From the NCBI GenBank assembly GCA_026706595.1, contig JAPOYL010000007.1:24265-88264 (forward strand): a stretch of DNA of 64,000 bases, read 5' to 3'. This document shows, piece after piece, positions 11,278 to 24,240 of this stretch (its first letter is position 1; the number at the start of each line of letters is the position of its first letter). The notes under the pieces were generated by a model. It was given only the letters and a program-made list of their open reading frames with translations, searched no databases and was not told the origin of the DNA. The stretch comes from Gammaproteobacteria bacterium (lineage in GTDB: Bacteria > Pseudomonadota > Gammaproteobacteria > UBA4575). Made by a program: the position numbers and the translations under genes.

Positions 11278-11592
11278 ATGGCTGAACAAGATCAAATTCT
11301 GCGCGAAGACAAGGCGGCCGTAAAAGAAGCGAAAACCCGAAAGCCGCCAATGTACAAGGTGGTATTATTGAATGATGATTACACACCCATGGAATTTGTT
11401 GTGCACATCCTTGAGAACTTCTTCAAGATGGACCGGGAAAAGGCCACCCGCATCATGCTCCATGTGCACACCCGGGGAAAAGGTGTTTGCGGGGTGTATA
11501 CCCGTGATGTGGCAGAGACCAAGGTGGCACAGGTGAATGAGTATTCACGCATGAACAACCATCCGTTGCTGTGTGCGATGGAAGAGACATAG
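11278..11592 (+). CDS. clpS: ATP-dependent Clp protease adaptor ClpS
   Basis: It is 104 aa with the [17 protein letters not shown] core, typical of ClpS, and lies immediately upstream of clpA. Confidence 0.9.
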   Translation: MAEQDQILREDKAAVKEAKTRKPPMYKVVLLNDDYTPMEFVVHILENFFKMDREKATRIMLHVHTRGKGVCGVYTRDVAETKVAQVNEYSRMNNHPLLCAMEET

Positions 11593-11601
11593 CTGAACCC
11601 C

Positions 11602-13863
11602 ATGTTGAACAAAGAGCTCGAATTCACACTGAACCTTGCCTTCAAGGAAGCCAGGGAGAAGCGTCACGAATTCATGACGGTCGAACACCTGCTGCTCGCG
11701 TTGACTCAAAACCCGACGGCAGCCAAGGTGCTGCGCGCGTGTGGCATAGATTTGGCGAAACTCTCCAGGGAGTTGTCCGAGTTCATTCAGAACAATACCC
11801 CGCTGCTTCCCGATGAGGATGACCGGGATACGCAGACGACGCTTGGCTTCCAGCGCGTGCTGCAGCGCGCGGTCTTCCATGTCCAGTCCTCCGGAAGAAA
11901 AGAAGCAGAAGTGACCGGCGCCAATGTGCTGGTTGCGATCTTCAGTGAACAGGAATCCCATGCGGTTTACTTGCTGGGACAGCATGATGTCGCACGTCTG
12001 GACGTCGTGAACTACATCGCACATGGAATCTCGAAAGTTTCCACGGACCTCGACAGCGAGGTTGCCGTCGATCCCGAAGTGGACGTGCGCAAGGATTCAC
12101 AAGGTCCGAAGCCACTGGATTGTTACGCCGTTAACCTGAACCAACTGGCGACAGAGGGAAAAATCGATCCGTTGATCGGGCGCGACAATGAAATCGAACG
12201 TACCATACAGATCCTGTGCCGGCGCAGGAAAAACAACCCGCTCATGATCGGTGAGGCCGGCGTGGGCAAAACGGCGATCGCCGAGGGCCTGGCCAAGAAA
12301 ATTGTCGATCAGGAGGTGCCGGACATCCTGAAGGATTACACGATTTATGCCCTGGACCTTGGGGGGCTGGTTGCCGGCACGAAGTACCGGGGTGATTTCG
12401 AGAAACGACTGAAAGGGGTGCTGAAGCAGCTGAAGGAAGAGCAGAACACGATTTTGTTCATCGACGAGATTCACACAGTGATCGGCGCGGGCTCGGCATC
12501 CGGGGGCGTGATGGATGCCTCCAACCTGATCAAGCCGATGCTGGGCTCGGGCGAGCTGAAATGCATAGGCTCGACGACCTACCAGGAATTTCGCGGCGTG
12601 TTTGAAAAGGATCGTGCCCTGGCCAGGCGATTCCAGACCATTGATATAGAAGAGCCCAGTGTTGAGGAGACCTACCGGATCCTTAAAGGTTTGCGCAGCC
12701 GATTTGAAAAGCATCACGGTGTGAGGTATGCGGAGAAGGCATTGCGGGCTGCTGCCGAGCTGGCAGCGAAATATATCAATGACCGGCATCTGCCGGACAA
12801 GGCCATTGACGTCATTGATGAAGCCGGCGCGAACATGAACCTGAGGCCGAGATCCTTGCGCAAGAAGATGATCACCACCAAGCAGATTGAAAGCATTGTG
12901 GCCAAGATCGCACGCATCCCTTCCAAGCATGTGAATTCCAGTGATACGGAGGTGCTCAGAAATCTGGAACGGAACCTGAAGCTGGTCGTGTTTGGTCAGG
13001 ACAATGCAATTGGTACCCTGTCGGCGGCGATCAAGATGTCCCGTTCGGGCATCGGCAACGAAGACAAGCCCATCGGTTGCTTTCTGTTTGCAGGCCCGAC
13101 AGGCGTGGGCAAAACAGAGGTTACCCGCCAGTTGGCCATCATCCTGGGAATCGAGCTGTTGCGTTTTGACATGTCTGAATACATGGAGCGGCATACGGTT
13201 TCACGCCTGATCGGTGCACCGCCGGGCTATGTGGGGTTTGACCAGGGCGGCCTGTTGACCGATGCGGTGCTGAAGGCCCCTCATAGCGTGTTGCTTTTGG
13301 ACGAGGTAGAGAAGGCCCACGCAGATGTGTTCAACCTCTTGCTGCAAGTCATGGATCATGGTGTGTTGACCGACACGAATGGTCGAAAAGTGGACTTTCG
13401 CAATGTCATACTGGTCATGACCACCAATGCCGGGGCCCAGGAGATGAGTCGGGCCAGCATGGGCTTTACCGTGCAGGACCACCAGGCAGACGGTATGGAG
13501 ATTATCAAGCGCACCTTTACCCCCGAGTTCCGAAACCGTCTGGATGCAATCATCCAGTTTGATTCCCTAGACAAGGAGACAGTACTTCACATTGTTGACA
13601 AGTTTATTGCACAACTGGAGGCACAGCTGGAGACCAAGAAGGTGGAGGTCCAGGTCGAGCCGGATGCCAAGACCTGGATAGCCGAGCGTGGCTACGATGT
13701 GAAAATGGGTGCCCGCCCCATGGAGCGGGTCATACAGGAGCATGTCAAGAAACCACTCGCAGAAGAGATCCTGTTCGGGCGCCTGGAAAACGGCGGGAAA
13801 GTGATTGTGCGCACCTGTGAGGATGGACTCGAAATTGACTATCCCGAAAAAGTGCTCAACTGA
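11602..13863 (+). CDS. clpA: ATP-dependent Clp protease ATP-binding subunit ClpA
   Basis: At 753 aa it has two AAA+ modules, GEAGVGKT and GPTGVGKT, and an N-terminus aligning to ClpA. Confidence 0.9.
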   Translation: MLNKELEFTLNLAFKEAREKRHEFMTVEHLLLALTQNPTAAKVLRACGIDLAKLSRELSEFIQNNTPLLPDEDDRDTQTTLGFQRVLQRAVFHVQSSGRKEAEVTGANVLVAIFSEQESHAVYLLGQHDVARLDVVNYIAHGISKVSTDLDSEVAVDPEVDVRKDSQGPKPLDCYAVNLNQLATEGKIDPLIGRDNEIERTIQILCRRRKNNPLMIGEAGVGKTAIAEGLAKKIVDQEVPDILKDYTIYALDLGGLVAGTKYRGDFEKRLKGVLKQLKEEQNTILFIDEIHTVIGAGSASGGVMDASNLIKPMLGSGELKCIGSTTYQEFRGVFEKDRALARRFQTIDIEEPSVEETYRILKGLRSRFEKHHGVRYAEKALRAAAELAAKYINDRHLPDKAIDVIDEAGANMNLRPRSLRKKMITTKQIESIVAKIARIPSKHVNSSDTEVLRNLERNLKLVVFGQDNAIGTLSAAIKMSRSGIGNEDKPIGCFLFAGPTGVGKTEVTRQLAIILGIELLRFDMSEYMERHTVSRLIGAPPGYVGFDQGGLLTDAVLKAPHSVLLLDEVEKAHADVFNLLLQVMDHGVLTDTNGRKVDFRNVILVMTTNAGAQEMSRASMGFTVQDHQADGMEIIKRTFTPEFRNRLDAIIQFDSLDKETVLHIVDKFIAQLEAQLETKKVEVQVEPDAKTWIAERGYDVKMGARPMERVIQEHVKKPLAEEILFGRLENGGKVIVRTCEDGLEIDYPEKVLN

Positions 13864-14163
13864 ACATATCTTTATAAGACCCCGAAGAACCGGTACCCCC
13901 TGATACAGCCATGCTGCCCGGCGCGCGCGCTTGGGTATGCCGGTGGTGCCATCTTTCTTGCTGCGTATATCTGTATCTGGATGTAGATGTACATTCGGTA
14001 TTGGTATATAAGCGCTCTGGTGTATTCGTGACCTGCAGGCAGTCTGATCGCGCAGGTCGTGGCATGCACAGTAGCAGGCGTTTCCCCGGACACGCCTGAA
14101 AATCCTTAGCCATCAGCCCGTATATCCGGCGTGGCAATGGTTGACAGGCCCGGGAACAGTCGA

Positions 14164-14184
14164 CTGCGTACGTGCAGTTTTTTT
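14164..14184 (+). terminator. short hairpin (ctgcgtacgtgcag) followed by T7 run
   Basis: It is an imperfect 4-6 bp stem followed by ttttttt, read directly from the sequence. It lies about 300 nt after clpA and about 20 nt before the probable gph start, so it may instead be a 5'-leader element. Confidence 0.3.
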
Positions 14185-14203
14185 GAAAATTCTTGATCAA
14201 GTG

Positions 14204-14875
14204 TTATCTAAAGCCAACAAAATAAAACTGGTGATCTTCGATCTGGACGGCACGCTAATTGATACCGCCCCGGACCTGGCATACAGCATGGACCTGGTCA
14301 TGCAGGAGCTGGAATTGCCCAAACAGGGCGTATCGAAGGTCCGCAGGCACATCGGCAATGGCGTGCGCAGGCTTGTTGAGGACGTCATGTCCTCGGAGTT
14401 GCAAAACGCACCCGACAAGGAGGCCGTGGACAAGGCCCTGGATGCATTTATCGGGCATTACCACGAACATCTGGTGCGCCAGAGCCGTCTGTATCCGGGT
14501 GTCGGCAGGTGCCTGCAGGGGCTTCACTCTTCCGGTATCAAACTTGCGTGTGTCACAAACAAGGCCAAGGCCTTTACCGACCCCCTGCTGGCGCATTTCC
14601 AGATCGACGAGTATTTCGATCTGGTACTTTCAGGAGATTCCCTGCCGAAGAAAAAACCGGACCCATTTCCGCTCACGCATGCCTGTCAGCAATTTGCAGT
14701 CGAGGTTGCAGACTGTGTCATGGTGGGGGATTCCAGCAACGACATACTGGCCGCACGGAATGCAGGGATCCGGTCCGTGTGCATGAGCTATGGTTATTCA
14801 GATGCAGAAACTGTGAAGCAGCTCAAGCCTGATGTGGTTCTCGACTCCTGTGCTGAATTGATGGACCTGCTGTAA
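14204..14875 (+). CDS. gph: HAD-family phosphoglycolate phosphatase (CbbZ/Gph-like)
   Basis: It has the KLVIFDLDGTLIDT motif I and a C-terminal VGDSSNDILAARNAG motif. The start was chosen at GTG 14204; the ORF track gives TTG 14141. It is convergent with cbbR, next to the cbb operon. Confidence 0.7.
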   Translation, partial: LSKANKIKLVIFDLDGTLIDTAPDLAYSMDLVMQELELPKQGVSKVRRHIGNGVRRLVEDVMSSELQNAPDKEAVDKALDAFIGHYHEHLVRQSRLYPGVGRCLQGLHSSGIKLACVTNKAKAFTDPLLAHFQIDEYFDLVLSGDSLPKKKPDPFPLTHACQQFAVEVADCVMVGDSSNDILAARNAGIRSVCMSYGYSDAETVKQLKPDVVLDSCAELMDLL

Positions 14876-14905
14876 CGCTGCGTTCCGGGTTGCTGTCAGA
14901 AATAC

Positions 14906-15805
14906 TCAGACATGGGTCTGTGCTTTTGCAAGCACGAAGTTCTTGAACGATTCGGCGGCGATGGAAAGCCGTTTGCCTTTCCGGTATACGATGTACCACT
15001 GACGGACAATCGGAAAAGAGCGCACATCCAGAACCTTCAGCCGGTCCAGTTCCTTTTCCAGCTCGATGGTATGCAGTGAGACGATACCCAGGCCCAGGCC
15101 AGCCTCAACGCTTCGCTTGATTGCCTCATTGCTGTTCATTTCAATCGAGCTGATGAGCTTGAAATTTTTCTTTTCCATGAAGAACCGCTCCATGGCCACG
15201 CGTGTTCCTGAGCCAACCTCACGCATGATCAACGGGTCGTCTTTCAACTTTCTCAGGGGAATGTCCTTCTCGCCCACCAGGGGATGACTGGGAGGGGCGA
15301 TGACCACCAGGGGATTGTCCATGAAAGGTTCACCGATCAACTCCATCTCGTCGGGCGGGGATCCCATCAGTGCAAGGTCGGATTCGTTTGCTTCAAGTTT
15401 TTTCAGCAGTGTTGCACGGTTTGTCACATCAAAGCTGACTCGAATACGCGGATACTGCTGACAAAATTCGGATAGCAGGCGTGCCGCAAAATTGTTGACG
15501 GTGGATGCCACGGCAATTTGCAGCAGGCCACCCTCCGTTCCCTTCAGGTCGTCCAGTTCTTTCTCAGCCTCGCTCACCTGATTACGGATTTCCGTGCTGT
15601 AGCGAAGCATCAATTTTCCGGCCTCTGTGAGATGGATGCTTTTTCCCAGTTGCTCATAGAGGGGTATGCCCACCACATTTTCCAGCTGCTTGACCTGCAT
15701 GGATACCGCGGGCTGGGTGAGAAACAGTTCTTCGGCGGCATGCGTGAAGCTCAAATTCCGTGCCACGGCTTCAAATACCTGCAGTTGGCGAAATGTGATA
15801 TTCAT
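14906..15805 (-). CDS. cbbR: LysR-family transcriptional regulator, CbbR-like
   Basis: It has the N-terminal HTH ITFRQLQVFEAVARNLSFTHAAEELFLTQPAVSMQVKQLE and is divergent from the RuBisCO large-subunit gene. It is about 300 aa from MNITF. Confidence 0.8.
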   Translation of the reverse strand: MNITFRQLQVFEAVARNLSFTHAAEELFLTQPAVSMQVKQLENVVGIPLYEQLGKSIHLTEAGKLMLRYSTEIRNQVSEAEKELDDLKGTEGGLLQIAVASTVNNFAARLLSEFCQQYPRIRVSFDVTNRATLLKKLEANESDLALMGSPPDEMELIGEPFMDNPLVVIAPPSHPLVGEKDIPLRKLKDDPLIMREVGSGTRVAMERFFMEKKNFKLISSIEMNSNEAIKRSVEAGLGLGIVSLHTIELEKELDRLKVLDVRSFPIVRQWYIVYRKGKRLSIAAESFKNFVLAKAQTHV

Positions 15806-17591
<1,786 letters not shown>

Positions 17592-17608
17592 TTGCAAGGA
17601 GTACCGCC

Positions 17609-18028
17609 ATGCGCATTACACAAGGGACCTTTTCTTTTTTACCCGAGCTCACGGATGAGCAGATCAAGAAGCAGGTCAAGTACTGCCTGGATCAGAACTA
17701 TGCGGTGAACATCGAGTACACGGACGACCCGCATCCAAGAAATACATATTGGGAAATGTGGGGCTTGCCCATGTTTGACCTCAAGGATCCGGCCGGCGTG
17801 TTGATGGAGATCAACGAATGTCGAAAGACATACCCCAACCACTACATTCGGGTCGGTGCGTTCGACAGCGAGCGCGGTACGGAAAGCCTGCGTATCTCGT
17901 TTATCGTCAATCGCCCCTCTCACGAACCCGGTTTTCGCCTCGAGCGTACAGAAACGGACGGGCGGTGCATTCGTTACACCGCGCATTCCTACGCAAGGCT
18001 GAGCGAACCGAGGGGCGCTGACAAGTGA
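17609..18028 (+). CDS. cbbS: RuBisCO small subunit (red-like, long form)
   Basis: It is 139 aa and lies directly downstream of cbbL. It has the [20 protein letters not shown]-terminus typical of form IC/ID small subunits. Confidence 0.9.
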   Translation: MRITQGTFSFLPELTDEQIKKQVKYCLDQNYAVNIEYTDDPHPRNTYWEMWGLPMFDLKDPAGVLMEINECRKTYPNHYIRVGAFDSERGTESLRISFIVNRPSHEPGFRLERTETDGRCIRYTAHSYARLSEPRGADK

Positions 18029-18981
18029 GTGAGTCCGGTTTGAAGCCGATCGACGCTCCTGAGAAAAAAGCCTCCGATGAGGAGGTGATTGACCTTCACG
18101 GTGAGTACGAGGCATCCAACGTGCAGGATGTGCTTGACAGGTTGGACCGCGAGCTCGTCGGGCTGCATCCGGTCAAGACCCGGATCAAGGAAATCGCCGC
18201 ACTGCTGCTGGTTGACCGTGCACGCAAGTCATTCGAACTCACATCGGAAACGCCCACCCTGCACATGAGTTTCACCGGCAATCCCGGCACCGGAAAAACC
18301 ACTGTAGCCATGCGCATCGCAGAGATTCTGCATTGCCTGGATTACGTGAGGGAGGGCCACCTTGTCTCTGTCACCCGCGATGACCTGGTGGGCCAGTACA
18401 TTGGGCACACGGCGCCCAAGACCAAGGAGGTCATCAAAAAAGCCATGGGTGGTGTGCTGTTCATTGATGAGGCCTATTACCTGTACCGGCCGGAGAATGA
18501 ACGCGACTATGGCCAGGAAGCCATCGAGATCCTTCTGCAGGTGATGGAAAACAACCGCGATGACCTGGTCGTCATTCTGGCGGGCTACAAGGAACGCATG
18601 GATACATTTTTCCAAAGTAACCCGGGGTTCCGCTCCCGCATTGCTCATCATATCGACTTTCCGGACTATTCTGCCGATGAACTGCTGGAGATTGGCCAGT
18701 TGCTCTTGGGGCAGCAAAACTACTGCTTGAGCAAAGCGGGCGAAAAGGCATTCAGCGAGTACATCGATCTGCGCATGAAATTGCCCCAGTTCGCCAACGG
18801 TCGCTCAATACGGAATGCACTGGACCGGGCTCGCCTGCGACAGGCCAACCGCCTGTTCAACAGTTCGCTCTCGCGAAAATTTGTCAAACAGGACCTGATG
18901 ACACTTGAGGCCGAAGATTTTTATGCGAGCCGCGTGTTCGCTGAAGGCGAGTTGGACAGGGCCCAGGTTTTTTCGATCTGA
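18025..18981 (+). CDS. cbbX: red-type RuBisCO activase CbbX (AAA+)
   Basis: It has the Walker [14 protein letters not shown] and is 318 aa. It overlaps the cbbS stop by 4 nt (ATGA), giving the classic cbbLSX arrangement. Confidence 0.9.
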   Translation: MSESGLKPIDAPEKKASDEEVIDLHGEYEASNVQDVLDRLDRELVGLHPVKTRIKEIAALLLVDRARKSFELTSETPTLHMSFTGNPGTGKTTVAMRIAEILHCLDYVREGHLVSVTRDDLVGQYIGHTAPKTKEVIKKAMGGVLFIDEAYYLYRPENERDYGQEAIEILLQVMENNRDDLVVILAGYKERMDTFFQSNPGFRSRIAHHIDFPDYSADELLEIGQLLLGQQNYCLSKAGEKAFSEYIDLRMKLPQFANGRSIRNALDRARLRQANRLFNSSLSRKFVKQDLMTLEAEDFYASRVFAEGELDRAQVFSI

Positions 18982-19043
18982 AACTTTGAGTTTTGCGCCT
19001 GCCTATCGTGACTGAATAATTGTCTGAAAGTTGTGGAGTTTCT

Positions 19044-20108
19044 ATGTCATTGATCACCTTGAGACAGTTGCTGGAGCATGCTGCTACGGAGAACTACGGT
19101 GTACCGGCCTTCAATGTCAACAACATGGAACAGATCCAGGCGATCATGCAGGCTGCCGATGAAACAGACAGTCCAGTGATCCTGCAGACTTCAGCTGGAG
19201 CGCGCAAGTACGCCGGCTCCAGCTTTTTGCGTCATCTGATCGAGGCATCCCTCGAGGCCTGGCCGCATCTCCCCGTCGTCGTCCACCAGGACCACGGTGC
19301 ATCGCCTGCAGTCTGCCTGCGTTCGATTCAGCTCGGTTTCAGCTCCGTGATGATGGACGGGTCGCTTGGAGAAGACATGAAGACCCCGATGTCATTTGAA
19401 TACAACAGGGATGTCACAAGCGAGGTGGTCAGGCTGGCTCATGCCTGCGGTGTTTCAGTGGAAGGAGAACTGGGCTGCCTGGGATCGCTGGAGACCTGCC
19501 AGGCGGCGGAAGAAGACGGTTCGGGCGCAGAAGGAACCCTTACCCGCGAGCAGTTGCTGACTGACCCGGATGAGGCCGTGGAGTTTGTGCGGCACACCAG
19601 CATCGATGCGCTGGCGCTGGCCATCGGCACAAGCCACGGCGCCTACAAGTTTACCCGTCCTCCAACCGGAGAGATTCTTGCAATCAGCCGAATCAAGCAG
19701 ATTCACGAGCGGTTGCCGGACACCTACCTGGTGATGCACGGGTCTTCTTCGGTACCGCAGGAGTGGCTCAGCATCATCAACAACTACGGTGGCGACATGG
19801 GCCAGACCTACGGTGTCCCGGTGGAAGAGATCCGCGAGGGGATCAGCCACGGTGTGCGCAAGGTGAACATCGATACGGATTTGCGCATGGCAAGCACCGG
19901 GGCGGTTCGAAAGTTCTTGAGTGAAGATGCCAAGAACTTTGACCCCCGCAAGTTTTTGTCCGAGTCGACCCGGGCCATGAAAGAAATCTGCAAGTCCAGG
20001 TTCGAGGCTTTTGGTTGCGCGGGAAAGGCGTCGCTTGTTAAGCCCATCAGCCTGGAGGTCATGACTGCACGTTATGAATCGGGGGAACTCGATCCCAGAA
20101 TCCATTAG
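19044..20108 (+). CDS. fba: fructose-1,6-bisphosphate aldolase class II (Calvin-cycle type)
   Basis: The N-terminus [27 protein letters not shown] and the [10 protein letters not shown] region identify a class II FBA of the CbbA subtype. Length is 354 aa. Confidence 0.9.
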   Translation: MSLITLRQLLEHAATENYGVPAFNVNNMEQIQAIMQAADETDSPVILQTSAGARKYAGSSFLRHLIEASLEAWPHLPVVVHQDHGASPAVCLRSIQLGFSSVMMDGSLGEDMKTPMSFEYNRDVTSEVVRLAHACGVSVEGELGCLGSLETCQAAEEDGSGAEGTLTREQLLTDPDEAVEFVRHTSIDALALAIGTSHGAYKFTRPPTGEILAISRIKQIHERLPDTYLVMHGSSSVPQEWLSIINNYGGDMGQTYGVPVEEIREGISHGVRKVNIDTDLRMASTGAVRKFLSEDAKNFDPRKFLSESTRAMKEICKSRFEAFGCAGKASLVKPISLEVMTARYESGELDPRIH

Positions 20109-20166
20109 TGAAGTACGGATGCAAACGTTGAAAACACATGATGCAGCGACTGTGAGAGGAGAGTAG

Positions 20167-21093
20167 ATGTCCGCCAAACATCCAATCATTGCGGTTACAG
20201 GATCTTCAGGCGCGGGTACCACGTCTGTAAAGAGTGCTTTTGAGCACATTTTTATTCGGGAAAGTTTTTTCCCCTGCCTGATCGAAGGGGACAGTTTCCA
20301 CCGGTATGACCGCAGGGAAATGGAAACCGAGGCAAAAAAGGCCCTGGGCAGCGGTGAGAATTTCAGTCATTTTGGTCCGGAGGCGAACCTTTTCGAAGAA
20401 CTGGAGCAACAGTTCATAAACTATGGCAAGTCTGGTACATGCAAGGTGCGCAAGTACCTGCACGATGAAAGGGAGGCGCTTCCGTACGATCAGGAGCCCG
20501 GTACGTTCACGGACTGGGAAGATCACAGGACGGAAAGCGATCTGCTTTTCTACGAGGGGCTGCATGGCGGTATTGTGAACGAGAACGTGAATGTCGCAGC
20601 CCATGTGGATTTGCTGATCGGTGTTGTACCTGTTGTGAACCTGGAATGGATACAGAAGATCCATCGGGATATTGCCGAACGGGGCTACCGGCCTGAAGTC
20701 GTGACGAATACGATTTTGCGAAGGATGTATGACTACATCCACTACATCACACCGCAATTTTCCAGGACCGATGTCAATTTCCAGCGCGTTCCGACAGTGG
20801 ACACGTCCAATCCCTTCATTGCTAGGGATATCCCCACTCCGGACGAAAGTTTCGTTGTTATACGGTTCAGCAATCCCAGGAAATTCAACATAGATTTCTG
20901 CTACCTGCAGGCGATGATCCAGGGATCATTCATGTCGAGAAGGAATACGATCGTGGTTCCTGGCGGGAAAATGGGACTGACGATCGAACTCGTCTTTGGT
21001 CCGGTCATCGAGAAAATCGTGCAGAAGTCCAAGGCCTTGAAAAACAGGATGAGAAGGAAAAAGCCCGTGTATCAGACCGTCAGCGTGGTGTAG
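20167..21093 (+). CDS. prk: phosphoribulokinase
   Basis: It has KHPIIAVTGSSGAGTTSVK plus IGVVPVVNLEWIQKIHRD and NFQRVPTVDTSNPFIA, matching bacterial PRK (CbbP) throughout. Confidence 0.9.
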   Translation: MSAKHPIIAVTGSSGAGTTSVKSAFEHIFIRESFFPCLIEGDSFHRYDRREMETEAKKALGSGENFSHFGPEANLFEELEQQFINYGKSGTCKVRKYLHDEREALPYDQEPGTFTDWEDHRTESDLLFYEGLHGGIVNENVNVAAHVDLLIGVVPVVNLEWIQKIHRDIAERGYRPEVVTNTILRRMYDYIHYITPQFSRTDVNFQRVPTVDTSNPFIARDIPTPDESFVVIRFSNPRKFNIDFCYLQAMIQGSFMSRRNTIVVPGGKMGLTIELVFGPVIEKIVQKSKALKNRMRRKKPVYQTVSVV

Positions 21094-21185
21094 TAAATCA
21101 AGGCTGTTTTCTGATCGGGGAACATTGTCGATGCTGCCGTGGTCATTATAGACATGGGGCATCTAGGGAAAGTGAGGTAATAGTT

Positions 21186-21647
21186 ATGCCGGGTTTACCT
21201 TTGTTTTTGAAACGGTTGTCAAGACACAGTTCGCGTTTGGGACCTGCAAGCGCCTCCTCGCACACATGCAAAGCACTTGAATTGCACGCGCCGCTTGAAC
21301 TGGACAGCAACGATGCGCTTGCAGTGATGGCCTACAGCGAGGCCCTGGAAACCATGGCGATCAAAAATGAACTGATCGATGCATTGCTTGTTGAGGAAAT
21401 GTCACACGAAATTGACAGGTACCGGGAAACAAGTGAATCGGCAGATTCCAGAAGTGTGTCCAAAGCACTGCTTCCCAAGGCCAAAGAGGTGATCCATGAT
21501 TACTATGTCTCGACGACGAAGGACACCGTCAGTCACGAGGATACCTATCGTCAAGCCCACGAGACCTTTGATGTTGATCTGCTTCAGTCGCTGACACACA
21601 CCTACGCGAGGACCTTCATCAGGCAATACTACTGTCCCCGGCACTGA
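21186..21647 (+). CDS. hypothetical acidic protein (153 aa) at the tail of the cbb gene string
   Basis: It is an ORF with GAGGT 8 nt upstream of its ATG, 92 nt after prk on the same strand. I recognise no motif, and the true start could be the internal Met. Confidence 0.4.
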   Translation: MPGLPLFLKRLSRHSSRLGPASASSHTCKALELHAPLELDSNDALAVMAYSEALETMAIKNELIDALLVEEMSHEIDRYRETSESADSRSVSKALLPKAKEVIHDYYVSTTKDTVSHEDTYRQAHETFDVDLLQSLTHTYARTFIRQYYCPRH

Positions 21648-21709
21648 GGGGCGGTCTGTTTGATGGGGGTGGCGCAGCAGGCACGGGCGTCCTGCGCTCG
21701 CTCAGCAAA

Positions 21710-21928
21710 TCATTTGCCGCGGTAGGTGATCCTTCCCTTGCTCAGGTCATAGGGTGTCATTTCCACAGTCACTTTGTCACCGGTAAGAATCTTGATGTAA
21801 TGTTTTCGCATGCGGCCGGATATGTGTGCGGTAACTACGTGGCCGTTTTCGAGTTCAACGCGAAACATCGTATTCGGTAAGGTTTCGACAACCGTACCTT
21901 CCATCTCGATGTGGTCTTCTTTTGGCAT
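21710..21928 (-). CDS. infA: translation initiation factor IF-1
   Basis: It is 72 aa and near-identical in pattern to E. coli InfA, for example [28 protein letters not shown]. Confidence 0.9.
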   Translation of the reverse strand: MPKEDHIEMEGTVVETLPNTMFRVELENGHVVTAHISGRMRKHYIKILTGDKVTVEMTPYDLSKGRITYRGK

Positions 21929-22041
21929 TCTGCTCCCAGAGGGTCATAGCGGTGACGCCATTATTATGCAATTAAAAAATAAAACAAGGCTTGGGGAATA
22001 TTTAGTACAATTCGGTGACCCAATCTCCCCAGCACAATACT

Positions 22042-23001
22042 ATGGACTTCGCGTACATCTTCCCTGGTCAGGGATCCCAGTCGATCGGCATGATGAAGGA
22101 TTTGAGTACGCAGTACCCCGAAATCAAGCAAATCTTCGAACAGGGTTCGGATGTCCTACAACTGGACTTGTGGAAGCTGGCCACGCTTGGGCCGGAGGAA
22201 GAACTCAACAGAACCGAAAACACACAGCCTGTCATGCTGTGCGCCTGCATGGCCGTGCACGCGATCTTCCATGAATGCTTTTCTGCCACGCCACGCATGC
22301 TGGCCGGACACAGTTTCGGGGAGTATACGGCCCTGGTCTGCGCCAAGGTGTTCAATTTCGAGGCGGCACTTCCTCTTGCAAAATTCCGGGGACAGGTCAT
22401 GCAGCAGGCGGTTCCCGAAGGGCAGGGCGCGATGGCGGCCGTGCTCGGTCTTGAAACCGAGGTCCTGAATGAGATCTGTGAGCAATCCACCTCGGAAGAG
22501 GAGGTTGTGGAGGCGGTGAATTTCAATGCACCGGGACAAACCGTACTTGCCGGCAGCCAAAAAGCCGTCGCCAAGGCATTGCAGGCCGCAAAGCAGGCGG
22601 GAGCCAAGCGCTGTGTCCCGCTGCCCTTGAGTGTGCCCTCGCACAGTACCCTGATGAAACCCGCAGCCGAACAGTTGCGTGATTATTTGCAGGACGTCGA
22701 CATGCATGCCCCACAGCTTGAAGTCATTCAGAATGTCGATGTCTGCTCATATTCCGGTGAAGCGGAAATCAGGGACGCGCTGTACCGACAGCTGTTCAAC
22801 CCGGTACGCTGGGTGGAAACGATCCAGCACATGGTTTCCAGCGGCGTGAAGGTGCTGATCGAGCTGGGTCCCGGCAGGGTGCTGACGGGTTTCAACAAGC
22901 GCATAGACCGCAGCGTGACAGGCTATTCTGTCCATGACATCAACAGCTTCGACCGGACACTTGAACAACTGGATGCACTGGCTTCCACGGGGCAGGCATG
23001 A
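22042..23001 (+). CDS. fabD: malonyl-CoA:ACP transacylase
   Basis: It has FIFPGQGSQ and the GHSFGEY active-site serine motif. The start was chosen at MDFAYIFPGQGSQ. Confidence 0.9.
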   Translation: MDFAYIFPGQGSQSIGMMKDLSTQYPEIKQIFEQGSDVLQLDLWKLATLGPEEELNRTENTQPVMLCACMAVHAIFHECFSATPRMLAGHSFGEYTALVCAKVFNFEAALPLAKFRGQVMQQAVPEGQGAMAAVLGLETEVLNEICEQSTSEEEVVEAVNFNAPGQTVLAGSQKAVAKALQAAKQAGAKRCVPLPLSVPSHSTLMKPAAEQLRDYLQDVDMHAPQLEVIQNVDVCSYSGEAEIRDALYRQLFNPVRWVETIQHMVSSGVKVLIELGPGRVLTGFNKRIDRSVTGYSVHDINSFDRTLEQLDALASTGQA

Positions 23002-23735
23002 ATAACCAAGTAGCCCTGGTGACGGGCGCAAGTCGGGGAATTGGCAAGGCGATCCTGCATGCCCTGGCAGCACAGGGGCTGGAGGTGATCGGCACTGCAA
23101 CGACGACAGCCGGTGCACAAGGCATCGATGCCGAACTCAGCAAGGCGAAGCTGAACGGAAAGGGGATGCAGCTGGATGTCACGCAGGCAGATTCCGTCAA
23201 TGCTTTGCTCGAGGAAATCAAGGCCAGTCACTCGCCACCCTGTATTCTGGTCAACAATGCCGGGATCACACGGGACAGCCTGCTTTTGCGAATGAAGGAT
23301 GAGGACTGGGACGCGGTAATCAATACGAATCTTTCCTCGATTTACCGGCTGACCCGTGCATGCCTGCGGGGCATGATGAAAATGCGCAACGGACGGATCA
23401 TCAACATCGCCTCGGTTGCGGCCATGTCCGGCAACGCCGGGCAGTCCAACTATACGGCCTCCAAGGCAGGAGTGATCGGCTTCACCAAGTCCCTTGCGCG
23501 CGAGGTGGCATCGCGTGGCATTACGGTGAATGTCGTCGCTCCGGGATTCATTGAGACGGACATGACCGCAGAACTCAATGAGTCACAGCGCGAGCATGCC
23601 ATCGGGCAGATTCCCGCAGGACACATGGGTACGCCGGAAGATGTCGCACATGCCGTGTGTTTTCTGGTTTCAGCAGGCGCTGCCTATATCACGGGTGAGA
23701 CGATTCACGTCAATGGTGGCCTGTACATGGGCTGA
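22998..23735 (+). CDS. fabG: 3-oxoacyl-ACP reductase
   Basis: It has VALVTGASRGIGKAI and the NYTASKAG SDR catalytic motif. It is 245 aa and overlaps the fabD stop by 4 nt. Confidence 0.9.
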   Translation: MNNQVALVTGASRGIGKAILHALAAQGLEVIGTATTTAGAQGIDAELSKAKLNGKGMQLDVTQADSVNALLEEIKASHSPPCILVNNAGITRDSLLLRMKDEDWDAVINTNLSSIYRLTRACLRGMMKMRNGRIINIASVAAMSGNAGQSNYTASKAGVIGFTKSLAREVASRGITVNVVAPGFIETDMTAELNESQREHAIGQIPAGHMGTPEDVAHAVCFLVSAGAAYITGETIHVNGGLYMG

Positions 23736-23941
23736 CGCACACCGAAGATATCTTCATTTTAATTTAATTATTGTATTTAAGCTATTGTTATTGCTTGACT
23801 TAAAGGATTCGGTCCGGTGCAAACAAGCAATAGGCATAGTTGCCGATGTGGTAAAGATGGCACCGGGATATTCTTTTCAATACAATAATTGCCCGGTCCG
23901 GACTCGGGCCGCACAATTTTTGCAAAGAGGAAGCAACCGCT

Positions 23942-24175
23942 ATGAGCAATTTTGAAGAACGAGTTAGGAAAATTATTGTAGAGCAGCTAGGAGTGGGTGA
24001 AGACGACGTCTCGGATGACGCATCATTTGTAGATGACTTGGGTGCAGACTCTTTGGATACGGTCGAGCTGGTGATGGCTTTGGAGGAGGAGTTTGAATGT
24101 GAAATCCCCGACGAAGAAGCGGAAAAAATCACCACTGTGAAACAGGCCATCGATTACGTCAGCTCGCATCAGTAA
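23942..24175 (+). CDS. acpP: acyl carrier protein
   Basis: It is 77 aa with the [20 protein letters not shown] phosphopantetheine site. Confidence 0.9.
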   Translation: MSNFEERVRKIIVEQLGVGEDDVSDDASFVDDLGADSLDTVELVMALEEEFECEIPDEEAEKITTVKQAIDYVSSHQ

Positions 24176-24240
24176 CTGCCTGCATGCAATTGTGCAAGGC
24201 AAACCTCCCTTTCTCCACCTGACCGCATGAGATAAAAACT

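Noticed and set aside
12097-13194. 365-aa antisense ORF inside clpA. Similar long antisense ORFs lie inside pabC (25472-26359), lpdA (33922-34665), addB (56543-57811) and addA (58620-59429).
   Set aside because: Each overlaps a gene with clear family signatures on the other strand. They are GC-driven artifacts.
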